In this document: piece by piece, positions 48,428 through 48,497 of the stretch
How the letters are laid out: each line of letters starts with the position of its first letter
Numbering within the stretch: the stretch's first letter is position 1
Notes under the pieces: generated by a model
The model's input: the letters and a program-made list of their open reading frames with translations, nothing else
The model's database searches: none
Told to the model about the DNA's origin: nothing
DNA from: Paraglomus brasilianum
Taxonomy: Eukaryota
Assembly (NCBI GenBank): GCA_910592345.1
Contig: CAJVPI010000150.1
Span: 1 to 48,497, forward strand
Length of the DNA: 48,497 nt
Direction of reading: 5' to 3'
Program-made: the position numbers and the translations under genes

Positions 48428-48497
48428 CAGTAAAGCTCGGTTTAACGAAGGCTCAGTTTAACGAAGATGCCCTTATAACGAAGCTTTTTATGGAACC
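48428..48497. mobile_element. pogo/Tigger-like terminal sequence, element continues beyond the window
   Basis: CAGTAAAGCTCGGTTTAACGAAG with TAACGAAG repeated three times; preceded by CA rather than TA. Confidence 0.65.

Overview
Intron-rich, AT-rich eukaryotic DNA. Gene content and GT-AG introns of roughly 45-160 nt point to an early-diverging fungus, probably Mucoromycota (inference). Ten protein genes could be reconstructed by hand, nine of them spliced with phase-consistent exons: a secreted expansin-like DPBB protein (frameshifted at a G9 run), two orphan 7-TM proteins, a CASTOR/GATS-like ACT protein (one GC-AG intron), a C2H2 zinc-finger protein, a peroxisomal enoyl-CoA isomerase head-to-head with IMPACT/Yih1, a metacaspase with an RS-repeat prodomain, a LAT-family amino-acid permease, and a single-exon CADG-like single-pass membrane protein. 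The spacers hold many transposon relics: three Tc1 pieces with related TIRs, pogo/Tc2-like ends and MITEs, a Crinkler-like pseudogene with nested insertions, and possible RecQ and MULE fragments. The most notable hidden feature is a fragmented Fanzor2 (eukaryotic TnpB/IS607-derived RNA-guided nuclease) gene at 6219-6852 (-). It is split over two reading frames, so no single ORF in the track reveals it, and a candidate omega-RNA/right end lies just downstream. This copy is dead but implies an intact family in the lineage. No rRNA, tRNA or CRISPR array was found. All family assignments come from recalled motifs; no searches were run.
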